A stretch of DNA of 64,000 bases, taken from positions 32,426,001 through 32,490,000 of the forward strand of contig OX597827.1 of assembly GCA_951406725.2 (NCBI GenBank), written 5' to 3'. How positions within the stretch are numbered: the first letter of the stretch is position 1; every line of letters starts with the position of its first letter. Source of the stretch: Octopus vulgaris. Lineage: Eukaryota. A program made the position numbers and the translations under genes. Below, in pieces: positions 28,001 to 41,359 of the stretch. Below the pieces are notes generated by a model. That model did not search any database and was not told the origin of the DNA. It saw nothing but the letters and a program-made list of their open reading frames with translations.

Positions 28001-31000
28001 TACTTGTTTCAGTCATTGAATAGTGGCCATGCTGGAGCACAGCCTTGAAGAATTTGTGGTCGAATGAATTGACCCCAGTACTTTTTTTTAATTAAGCCTG
28101 GTACTTAATTTATCAGTATCTTTTGCTGAGCTGCTAAGTTATGGGACACAAACACACCAACATCTGTTTTCAAGCAGTGGTGGGGGATAAAGACTGACAC
28201 ACACATATATATATATGACAGGCTTCTTTCAGTTTCCATCTACCAAATCCATTCACAAGGATTTGGTTGTTCTAAGTTTATAGTAAAAGACACTTGCTTA
28301 AGGTTCCACATTGGGACTGAACCCAGAACCATGTGGTTAGGAAGCAAGCTTCTTACCACTCAGTCACACCAATAAATTCTAAATATTTCTTCCTTAATCC
28401 ATTTAATACCTGTTTTATTAAAAGCTCCCATTATAAAGTGGAACTACAGTTTATCCTTCATGTCATATTTTCATTTCCTCCTCGTTTACAGATTCTCGAG
28501 AAAAAAGAGGGTCTCTTCCGGAAGCACATGATGGGGAAACGTGTTAACTATGTTGCCCGATCAGTAATTACCCCTGACCCCAATATTGAAGTCGCTGAGA
28601 TTGGAGTTCCTGAGATCTTTGCTAAAACATTGACCTATCCACAACCTGTGACCCCTTGGAATGTGGATAAACTGAGGAAAATGGTGATTAATGGGCCAAA
28701 TGAGTATCCAGGGTGAGTAAATGCAATTGAATGGATAATCTCTATCTATCAGTTTAAGATAATAGCCTTAGACACACTGTCTGTATAATTAGAAAGGAAA
28801 ATAAGCATAAAAGAAGATAGCTACAGCTGGGGCACCTTTGATCATAGGTCTTTTGTAACTGGATTGACCTGGGTCTAAACAACATGTATGTATAGTCATT
28901 GATTATCAAGTATTCCCACGCAACCAAGTGGACACTCACTTTATACATCACTCATACACATTCATCCACACATACATATCTACACATGCACACACACACA
29001 CACCCTTATAGATGCATGCCAATTGTCTGCATCACTCACACATCCTCCTCAAGCATATATATACTCACTATCTATATCACACACACGTCCACATGCAAAC
29101 TTCTACATTCATGCATGCACACACACACACATTCTTCTCTGTTATATTTTTGCAAAATATTCTCTCCTTTCTTCCAGAGCGGCGTATGTTGTCGACCAGC
29201 ATGGTGTGAAGCAGCGTCTTCTTGCTGAAAATCCCACCCAGCGTCAGTCAGTAGCCAACCAACTCCTCACTCCATCATCTGTCAACAAGTCTTTGGTCAC
29301 ATGTAAGAAGGTATGATAAATTTAACACTTTTGCTTTTGAGATGCAAACACTGAGACTTAGAACTTAAGGTTGGGGTAGACAAAAGAACACTGGAGATGG
29401 TGGACATAGATCATCATCATCATCGTTTAATGCCCGTTTTCCATGCTAGCATGTGTTGGACAGTTCGACCAGGGTCTGGGAAGCCAGGTGGCTGCACCAG
29501 TCTCCAGTCTGATCTGGAAGTGTTTCTACAGCTGGATGCCTTTCCTAACACCAACCACTCCGTGAGTGTAGTGGGTGCTTTTTATGTCCCACTGGCACAG
29601 GGGCCAGAGGAGGCTGGCAACAGCCACGATCGGTTGGAGCTTTTTATGTGCCACCAGCACAGAAGCCAGCCAAGGTGGCACTAGCATTGGCTACATTCAG
29701 ATGGTGCTTTTTATGTGCCACCAGTATGGGTATCACAACTACAATTCCATTTGATTCTTATTTTGATGTACTTGACTTAATAGGTCTCTTCAAGCACAGC
29801 AGGTCGCCCAATGATCCAAGGTATGCACCGCAGGCCGTCCTGCAATCCAAGGTACTTTGAATGAGCTGGGGTGGTTGTGTGAAGCTGGTGTAGTATACAG
29901 CCATGAACTCACGTTATTTGTCAGGTCAGAGATAGAACATATCTATGGATCACTTGTTAGTGTTATCACTACAAATTTTCTGTAGAAATTATAGACAACA
30001 CTGAATTTGTTATGATATTTGTATCCAAGTATGCCTTCATGGAGGCACGAGTGTTGGGTCTCATGGAAGCAAAGTGACTGAGTTCCTTTTGAGTGTTTGG
30101 CTTCACGGAGGCAATGACTGAGACCTTTGTCACTGTCATGCTTGAGAAGAAGAGCCATGAAGCCAAGCAAAATCATAGTGTCGTGCAAAAGGTACTTGTG
30201 CCGGTGGCATGTAAAAGCACCCATTATACTCTTGGAGTGATTGGCATTAAGAAGGGCATCCAGTAATTGAAAACCATACTAAATCTGACTGGAGTCTGGT
30301 GCAGTCTTCCAGCTTACCAGCCCTGGTCAAGCCATCCAACCCATGCCAGCATGGACACTGGACGTTAAATGATTATGATGACGATGAAGGAGATCAAAGA
30401 TGGAAAAGGGGTCATGGTGTATTACCATTACCCATTTCCCCATCTTTGATTGAAAAGTGATTTGACAGCACTACTAACACAGTTGAACAAAGCATTGACT
30501 TATAAAGCATTTAATCATCATTTAATGTCCATTTTCCATGCTGGCATGGATGGGGTGGTTTAACCAGGGCTGGAAGGCTGCACCAGACTCCAGTCTAATT
30601 TGACAGGGTTTCCTATGGCTGGCTATCCTTCCTAACGCCTATAGGATCTCCTTGTTTACATTAGGCATATTCGGATACAAAATGTCATAACAAATCAGTG
30701 CTGGCTATAATACACTTTCTAATATATTATAGTTGGATATCGAACAGCTATGCTACATGGCAGTGAAACATGGGCCGTGACTGCTGCAGACATGCATAAG
30801 CTTGCAAGGAATGAAGCTAGTATGCTCTGCTGGATGTGTAATGTCAGTGTGCATACACAACAGTGTAAGTGCCCTGAGAGAAAAGTTGGACTTAAGATGC
30901 ATCAGATGTGGTATGCAAGAGAGACGACTGCACTGGTATGGTCATGTGTTGCGAATGGATGAGGACAGCTGTGTGAAACAGTGTCACACCCAAGCAGTTG

Positions 31001-34000
31001 AGGGAACCTGTGGAAGAGGTAGACCCAAGAAGACCTGGGATGAGGTGGTGAAGCATGACCTTCGAACATTGGGCTTCACCGAGGCAATGACAAGTGACTG
31101 AGATCTTTGGAGATATGCTGTGCTTGAGAGGACCCAACAAGCCCAAGTGAGACCATAACCGTGGCCTATGCCAATGGTGTATAACCAGCCCACTTATGAG
31201 TACCCTTGATTTCATTAGACAATAAACTATGCTTGTGAAGACCTGTTGTGGCCAATGACCGCACTGCCTGATTGGCACCTGTGCCAGTGGAGCGTTAAAA
31301 GCACCATTCGAGCATGATCACTGAAAGGGGCTGCTGACTGGCTTCTGTGCTGATGGCATGTAAAAAAAAGCACCATTCAAGCATGGTCGTTGCCAGTGCT
31401 GCTGGACTGGCTCCTGTGCAGGTGGTACGCAAAAAGCAACATTTGAGTTTTGCCGAAGCCAGTACCACCTGACTGGCCCTTATGCCAGTAGAACGTAAAA
31501 GCACCCACTACACTCTCGGAGTGGTTGGCGTTAGGAAGGGCATCCAACTGTAGAAACTCTGCCAGATCAAGACTGGAGCCTGGTGCAGCCATCTGGCTTG
31601 TCAGCCCTCAGTCAAACCATCCAACCCACGCTAGCATGAAAAGCGGACATTAATCAATGATGATGATGATGAACAAAGCAAACATGGTGTCCCTACAAGT
31701 CATTAATATCTATCGGTGAGAGGTGGATCAAGGTAGACTATTCTTGCAATCAAATGATACAAATCAAGGCATACGCAAAGAAATAAATGCAGTCCTACCC
31801 AACCCATATGCTGGTGATGGTGGTGGTGATCTTGAGTACTCAATCAAAAGGAATCGGTCTGACCATTCCTGTCTTTTAAATTTCATGTTGTACATTATCC
31901 AAAGTGTGTGGGGCTTGATTTTTCATTGAAGATGCTAAAGTGTAGTCAAAGGGCAATTTGGCTGCTATTTTTTGCTAGAATGGCAAAGCTCTATTTTCAC
32001 ACCATATATTTTGGGCCCTGATTTGTTAGGGGTCATATTCACCTCAGTTTTAAGCCACTCCATAATTAAGAAACTAATCAACTGCAAAAATTCACCTTAT
32101 CCCATGCTTATTGATCTATCATCATGATCATCATTTAACATCCATTTTTCCATATTGGCACCGGTTGGATGGTTTGACAGTATCTGGCCAAGCCAAGGTC
32201 ACACCCATCTCCAGTTGTCTATTTTGGTATGGTTTCTACAACTGGATGCCCTTCCTAATGCCAACCACTCCACAGAGTGTACTTGGTGCTTTTTACATGG
32301 CACCCCCACCACCAATGCTTTTTATCTAGCACCAGTGCTTAAAAATTATTTATCTCGCATTGTTAATAATGTACCAAAGTGTTTAGAATCATACTTAATG
32401 ATCAATCAGTAATTAATTATCTCCTAAATGTTTTTTTTTATTATTGTACCAGAATATTTACAATCTTGTCTTTTCCCAACAGGTTTATCGCCATCTCGTG
32501 AATGGCGACTACCTTCTCCTCAATCGACAGCCATCTCTTCACAAGCCCAGTATACAAGCTCATCGAGTATGTACTCCCTTTTTTTTGTGTACTTTTCTTT
32601 GGCCTGTTAATCTATTCAGATTCCTTTTCACGTAATGATTTCATCCACTATGTAAAGAGATGATGTGCACTGACCACTGGTTAAACTGCTAATGATCCCT
32701 ATTTATACCAAGGTTGGCCACTTCATTGGTTCCAATATTAGATCCAATCTTTATTATCCACCCATACACCCTTGTCTCTACTCATTACTTTTCCATGCTG
32801 GCGTGGGTTGGACAGGTTGACAGCAGCTGGGAAGCCAGAGAGCTGCACCAGGCTCCAGTTCCCTGTTTTTTTATGGTTTCTACAACAGATGCCTTTCCTA
32901 ACACCAACCATTTTACAGAGTGTACTGGATGCTTTTTATGTGACATCAGCACAGGTGCCTTTTACATGGCACCAGCACCAGTGGGGTCACCAAGTAGGGT
33001 GCAAGACAAAGATCTCTCAGTTGAGAAAGGGAATGGAATCAAGAGAAGTGGGTCTGTGAGGCTTCCTTCTACCGAATCCACTCACAAGACTTTATTAGTT
33101 GGCCCTGCCTTATTGTGGAAGACACCTACCCGAGGTGCCACTCGGTGGGACTAAACCCAAAACCACATATCTGGGAAGCAAACTTCTTAACCACAAAACC
33201 ATGCCTGCACCTCTGGTTCTCTAACTCCTATTTGTTGTGTTCTCTTCAGGCTCGTGTTTTGCCCAACATCAAGACTTTCCGATTGCATTATGCCAACTGC
33301 AAGGCTTACAACGCAGATTTTGATGGGGATGAAATGACAGCTCACGTACCTCAAACTGAACTAGGTCGGGCTGAAGCTAAGGAAATTTGTAAGTCCTTCT
33401 TTTTTTATGGGGTTTTGTTTTTTACCTTTTATTCTTCTTAGTCTCAAACTGAACTAGGTCGGGCTGAAGCTAAGGAAATTTGTAAGTCCTTCTTTTTTTA
33501 TGGGGTTTTGTTTTTTACCTTTTATTCTTCTTAGTCTTCCAAATTCTTGAAAAGATACCTGTGAAATATATGAAAAATCTACTATTTGTTTTTAGTTCCC
33601 AAAAAATTTAAGTGCTTATTTATGCTGAAAAAATGTAAGACACTAAACCCGCAAACACACCTGTGTAGCATCAGTACTATTTTAGACTAGCAACAAACAA
33701 AAAAGATGTAAAAAGGCAAGACAACCTGAGACCAGGAACACTGCAGATTTTAAGTGAGTTTTTTTCTCATATGTGCATTAATATCATCATCATTTAATGT
33801 CCGCCTTCCATGCTGGCATGGGTGGAACGGTTTCACAAGAGCCTGCACCAGATTTCTGTGACTGTTTTGGCAGGATTTTTACAGCTGGATGCCTTTTCTA
33901 ACACCAACCACCCAGCAGAGTGGACTTAATGCTTTTTATGTGGCACAAGCATAGGTTTTTGCAGCTGGACGCCCTTCCGAACACCAACCACTTCACAGTG

Positions 34001-36935
34001 TGGACCCAATGGATGTCGTGTTAAGGACTCGACCTCAGTGGCTATCCCATGAAAATATGGTAAGAATGTCTTGGAGAGAGAATTGCTGGACAGGTTTTAA
34101 GGGCAAAAACCAACCAGTAGAAGACACAGGAATAGACTGCAAACAAGTTATTTGGCTAACATTCACAAGTTTTGTTGGTCCTGCTTGGGAATCCAACCAG
34201 ATCAGTTGGAGACAGCTGCTTGTGACAGGACCCAATATAAGGTGTGCTTCAGGACTCTCTGTCCCCATGAACCTCTCAGGATAAAGTGGACAAAGATGAG
34301 ATGAGATATACAGCATCACTGTTGTACACAACTAACTTGGATTTCAATGCAGAAAGAGACTGAAACTAAAACTTTGTCCAGTCCTCCACCAATTTTTCCG
34401 AGATTAAAATTTGTTTGTTTAGGGGATGGGATTAAGGGCCTGAAAAATTATATTCTTATTAACCCTTTAGCATTTAAAGTGGTCATATCAGACCCAAATA
34501 TTCTACATGCTTTATTTTCAAACAGGGCAGATCCAGTCTCTCACACTTACCATACAATGTCATTCTGGAAAATAAACAATCACATCATAGAAATCTGATA
34601 GCTACAAGATAATGGATGCTAACTTCAAAACAATGTGAATGAATAAATATTATTTGAGAGAGTAATTTGAATGCTAAAGGGTTAAACACCCCATCTCAGA
34701 CATTTAAACATTGCAACGAATACATATAATGTTGCTTTTATTATTTTCTGCTCTTTCAGCTAGTGCGCAAAACCAGTACGTGGTCCCTAAAGATGGAAGT
34801 CCTCTGGCAGGTCTCATCCAAGATCATGTTGTTGCTGGAGTGCGCCTTACCATTCGTGGTCGTTTCTTCCGAAGGTCAGTCATCGTATTTGTTGCTTTAT
34901 GCTCTTTTTTCTTCCCTCTTTCTTTTTGTTTCAATTCTGAAATCATCCAGCATGATGGTGGTGGTGGTGGTGTCTTTCCTTTGTGTTTGTCCCATTCCTG
35001 TGACTTAGTAGTTCAACAAAAATGGTTGAGATACTCCCTACAAAGGTTTTAGTCGATGAAATTCACCTCATTACTTGCTTTATCAATCTTTATTTGTTGA
35101 ATCACTATGTTACAGGACATAAAGGGATTGAAGTGTAAAGAAGACCCCCAAGATACACAAACACTGTTTCTTTTGGACCAAGTTTCTGCTCACAACATAT
35201 TGGTCAAACTGAGATTACAGTGGAAGACATCTGCCCAACATGTTGCACAGTGGGACTGAACCTGCAACCATGTGATGTGAAATTAACTTCTTAACCATAC
35301 AGCTCTGGTTAGAGGTGTAATTCCAACACCTATGACCTTTTCAGGACCTCCAAGACTTAAGAGAGGAAAGAAGGAAATTATCCTTGGACCACAGACCGTC
35401 TTTAAATGTTTTCAACAGGGTGGGGGTTTTGAGGTGAAACTGAACAGTGACTTTAGTCTACCTGCTAAAAACAGGAATGGTTTCTCTGGCAGATTTGACA
35501 TTGTCTCCACCTACCAAATTTCACTCACAGGGCTTAGGTATTGAATATTTGCTCAAGGTGTCACTCAATGGTATTAAACTTGGAACTGGTAGCAAACAAT
35601 TTGCCTGCATCCATTGTAAAATATAACAGCATCATCATCATTTAATGTCCGTTTTCAGCTGCTAAGGCTGGGAGCCACATCAGGCTCCATTGTTATTGGT
35701 ATGGTTTCTAGGGCTCGATACCCTTGCTAATGCCAACCACTTTACAAAGTGTACTGGGTGCCTTTTACATAGCACCAACTCCACTGCTAATCCACAGCAC
35801 CAAAACAAGTATTTTTTATGTGGCACCGGCTCAAATTATTTAATATCTTTGTTATCTAAAATAAGATGTCTCTGACTGTCAGTCAATCAATTCATCACTT
35901 AACTTAATCATTCACAATAATTCTCTCATATTGATTTTCTTTCTTCGTCTTTGTTTCAGAGAAGAGTTCAATCAATTGCTGTTCGCAGCACTTGTTAACA
36001 AACCTGATGCCATCCGACTGTTACCACCTGCTATTATTCGACCTGAGAAACTCTGGTCTGGAAAACAGGTAGTTATATTTGCCCTACTATCATTATGATT
36101 GCATAAATTTCATCAGTTTACCTGGCTGACAAGCTAACAGGAATGGGTACAAGACCAGCCGGAAATGTCACCTGTGTTCACACTGGTAACATGTCAAGAT
36201 TTATTTTACCTTCTCTTCTCACTCTGAAACTTGAGACTAAACTCTTTGAGAAGTAACTTTTCTGGGATTTTAGTCAGAGAAACAAGGTACATCATCCATA
36301 ATCTGTGCATGGCTTCTCAGGCTGGAGAGGTTTATGGCTACTGGTCATTATTGGTGAGGTGATTGGAGAGAGAGGCAATTTGCGAAAGTAGATTTCTTGG
36401 GTAGAAGGATTGGGTAAAAATGTGGTTAAAACAAGGTGGAGGAGAGGGGAATTAGCTGTGGCTTAGGATGATAAAGTTTAATTGTGTGTAGGTGAGTGAA
36501 ATGGAAACATTGCAAGGACATAAAACAACATGGACCCTTATCAGCAACATCTGTGTGTGATGTGAAATAACTGAGTGATGATGACAACACATGTATGATA
36601 TGAACCGACCAAAGTCTTGTAAGTGGATTTGGTGGATGGGAACTAAAAGAAGGTTGTTGTGCCTATATATAGGAGTGTGTGTGTGTGTGTGTTAGCACCT
36701 TCTTCCTTTGACATTGCACAATAGTTGCAAAGTGAGTTTCAGTGTCACACAATCAGTGGCCTTCATTTCCAGTCCTCCATCAAAACATGTTCAACCATGA
36801 GAAAATGTTATCTCATTCAGTAACAAGTGGGGGTTGGCAACAGGAAGGACATCCAACTGTTGAAAATCAGCCACAGAAAATTTCATCTGACCCTTAAAGG
36901 CTATATATATATATATATATGTGTGTGTGTATGTG

Positions 36936-36989
<54 letters not shown>

Positions 36990-39900
36990 CTATATATGAA
37001 TCTGTTGGTGGGGAAATTTAAAAACAGTGTATGTGTATGTATATATACGTATGTCTGTATATCTTTTTATCTTTTCATTACAGCTTATATCTACTTTACT
37101 AATCAATATAATCCCAAAGAACAAGCCTTTAATTACAATGGAAAGCACATCAAAGATTCCAGAAAGGGTAGGTCTTTGGAATTTATATGCATGCACAAAC
37201 ACAAAATATATTTAATCACTTTTCCATCTAATGCAGAATATGCAAATTAGTTTAGCCATTTCTTTGTAGGACCTGGTTTGTGTTTGATTTAAATAGTGAT
37301 TGCGATCATGTTCTGTTAGTGAGCAGAAGTGTAATGGGTTCCTGTGCTCTGTGGATAATCTCCGTATATTTTTATGCATGTGAAGAGAATAACAAGATGT
37401 ATTTATTTTTGTTTACTTGCCACATCATAAGCATTATAAACTATAAACACTTTGCATTACATTTGTATGGTGGTTTCATGTTTAGTCCCATTACTCAACA
37501 ACTTGGGCAAGTATCTTCTATTAACGCCCCAGGCCAACCACCAAACCCTTGTGAATATTGATACAGGAGAGGGAAACTGAAAGAAGCTTATTATGTGTGT
37601 GTGTGTACTCTTTTATTTGTTGCAATCATTTGACTGCGGCCATGCTGGAGTACTGCCTTTAGTCAAACAAATCGACTCCAGGTGTCATTCTTTGTGAGCC
37701 TAGTACTTATTCTATCAGTACCTTTTGCTGAACTGCTAATTTACAGGGAGCTAAGTACACCAGCATTGGTTGTCAAGCAATGGTGGTGGGGACAAACACA
37801 GACACACAAACATATGCACACACACACACACACACACATCATCATCATCGTTTAGCATCCGCTTTCCATGCTAGCATGGATTGGACAGTTCGACTGGGGT
37901 CTGGGAAGCCAGAAGGCTGCACCAGGCCCAGTCTGATCTGGCAATGTTTCTACGGCTGGATGCCCTTCCTAAAGCCAACCACTCCGTGAGTGTAGTGGGT
38001 GCTTTTTACGTGCCACCGGCACAGAGGCCAGGCGAGGCTGGCAACAGCCACAATCAGATGGTGCTTTATACGTGCCACCAGCACAGAGGCCAGTCGGGGC
38101 GGCGCTGGCAACGGCCACACTCGGATGGTTCTCTTATGTGCCACCGGCACTGGTATCACAGCTACAATTTCCATTGATGTTGATCGATTTCAATTTTGAT
38201 TTTGATTTTCACTTGCCTCAACAGTATAACATGTATCTGTATATATAACAAGCTTCCATACAGTTTCCAAATGCTAGATTCCTCTCACACAGCATTGGTC
38301 AATTCAAGACTGTAGCAGATGACCCCTGCGCATGCACATATGTGTGTCTGTCTGCTAATTGGGTACACATAAACAAAGACTTGCTTCATCTAATCAAAGC
38401 ATCTATTCACTGAAAGTGCTCTACAACTTATTAGAAATTTATTGGGGCTATAACCCAAATGAACTAAAAGAGGGTATGAGACTCAAGAGTGGCAAATAAA
38501 ACGTGGGTTGTCTTACCACTGTACTGTGTTTCAGTGCATTCTTCTTCCTTTAATTAAGAAGTTTGATCCAACTGTACATCACATTGATCAAGTGTCTTCT
38601 ACCATAATCTGGGATTGAAATCGGTGAGGTAGGGACTGTGTGGAAACTCATCAGAAAAGAGGGTTACTTAGTCTTGGGAGTAATCCACAGGATTTAGGTG
38701 CCATTAATGGAGTTCGCTCTGATACAATTATTTGGACCAAATCTCCAGTTCGATGCTAAATTTTTCCCCTTCTCCCACCATCTTCAGTTCCTAAAAAGGA
38801 TCAGAAGTTCTTTTATTTCCTGACTTTGGGGTAGAAATATAATGTAAATATAGGTGCGGACATGGCTGTGTGGTAAGAAGCTTGCTTCCCAACCTCCTGG
38901 TTCCAGGTTCAGTTCCCCTGCATGGCACCTTGGGCAAGTGTCTTCTATAGCTTACAGCCGACCAAAGCCTTGTGAGTGGATTTGGTAGATGGAAACTGAA
39001 AGAAACCTGTCATATGTGTGTGTGTCTGTGTTTGTCTCCACCACCATCGCTTGAAACTTAGCGGTTTGGCAAAAGAGGCCGATAGAATAAGTACTAGGCT
39101 TACAAAGAATGAGTCTTGGGGTTGATTTCTTCAATTAAAGGTGGTGCTCCGGCATGACCACAGTCAAATGACTGAAACAAGTAAAAGAATAAAAGGGAAG
39201 TTAAAATCCAAACTGGGTCCTCTTGATTCACATCTGCTTATTCCAGTATTCCAAACTCCTATGTAGATTTCATATTTGTGTGAGTTATGCATCAGAGTTG
39301 GAAAATACTGGGAAATATGTTTTTGGAAAGTAACTAAAGGTCAAAGCAGGACTGAAAAATATTTTGGATATCATGTGTTCACCTTTACACATGTTTCATT
39401 TGCTAATAGGAGTTATAAAATTGTACATTCTCTATCTAAAGGATTTCTAATATGAGATATATTACGTTTTCTCCTACATGGTTCAGTTTTGTAACGCCTA
39501 TTAGCAAACGAAACATGTATTGGTGAATAAATAATGGTAAAAATTTTTCCCAATCTCTTGTTTTGATCCATAAAAAGATATTTATACAGGTGCAGGGTAT
39601 GGCTGAGTGGTTTCAGAAGTTTGCTTCCCAACCATGTGGTTTCAGGCTTAATCCCACTGCACAGCATCTTGGCCAAGTGTCTTCTACTATAGCCCCAGGT
39701 CCCAAAAACCTTGTGAGTAGATTTGGTAGATGGAAACTGAAAGAAGCCTATCATATTTATGTGTATGTACTTATGTCTGTTTGTGTTTAATCCATGCAAA
39801 AAATTGGCCAATGAATGAATGAACAAAATTGAGAGACATCAGCTTGTTGTGAGCCTGTGACCATCCATTATGATTTCTTAATGTTCCTTATTCTTTCACA

Positions 39901-41198
39901 GCTTTGGAAGTCAATAGACCATGTTGATGCTTCAATAAGTAGAGCTCTTTCACAAGAAATGGGGGAGAGCCATGTTATAATCCGAGACAGTGAATTGCTG
40001 TGTGGTGTCCTGGATAAAAGCCAGTACGGATCAACAGCATATGGATTAGTACACTGTTGTTATGAGGTAAGAGTGTGTTATGGTATTAAGTTTCTAAGAG
40101 CAATTCTTTTTTTTTTTTTTTTAGCTATAACCTCTTGTTGATATATTGTTTGAATCTAATCATCTTTATCTCCCTTTCCAGCTCTACCCCAACTACTTAA
40201 CGGGTACTTATGTATCAGCAAGAAACCTGTTCCTGTTAAGGTGGCGAGCTGGCAGAAACGTTAGCACGCCAGGCGAAATGCTTAGCAGTATTTCGTCTGC
40301 CATTACGTTCTGAGTTCAAATTCTATCGAGGTCGACTTTGCCTTTCATCCTTTCAGGGTTGATTAAATAAGTACCAGTTATGCACTGGGGTTGATGTAAT
40401 CGACTTAATCCGTTTGTCTGTCATTGTTTGTCCCCTCCGTGTTTAGCTCCTTGTGGGTAGTAAAGAAATATGTATTTCGTCTCTCTTTACGTTCTGAGGT
40501 CAACTTTGCCTTTCATCCTTTCGGGGTTGATTAAATAAGTACCAGTTACGCACTGGGGTCGATATAATCAGCTTAATCCGTTTGTTTGTCCCCTCTATGT
40601 TTAGCCCCTTTTGGGCAATAAAGAAATAAGAAACCTGTTCCTATCACTTCTATCATACTTTAATATCTCAACACATAAGGCTACCATCCTCTCTACTGCA
40701 GTCCAATGCGGTCAAGAGGGATTTTAGTCTTGCATGTTAGTTGGGTGATCTCTCTAGTAAAGTGGTTGGCATTAGGAAGAGCATCCAGCCATAGAAACCA
40801 TGCCATAGGCAGACATTAGAGCTCAATGCAATCCTCTCTCTCTCACTGGATCTTGTCAAACCATCCAATCCATGCCAATAACGAAGAAAAATGGTAAATG
40901 ATGGTGATGATTATTGTGGTGGCAGAGGGCTGTTATACTGCTGATGGTGGCTGGTTCTTAAGTTTCACTTGAGCCACATTCCATCCCATCGTAGATCCGT
41001 AAGACACAGGGGTACACCCCCCAGCAATGATAAATCTAGAGGACCAACAGTAGTCACATTGTGACGATGTAGATTTTACACTTCCGCTGTGGCTGTCACC
41101 AGATTCTACAGATTTTCAGAATTAGATTGGACAGTGGAAAGAATCTCACCTCTCCAGATTGATTCATTTAATTAACCACATGTCATGTTGGAATAAAC

Positions 41199-41229
<31 letters not shown>

Positions 41230-41315
41230 TATTTATTTATTTATATATATATATTTATTTATTTATATATATATATTTATTTATTTATATATATATATTT
41301 ATTTATATATATATA

Positions 41316-41359
<44 letters not shown>

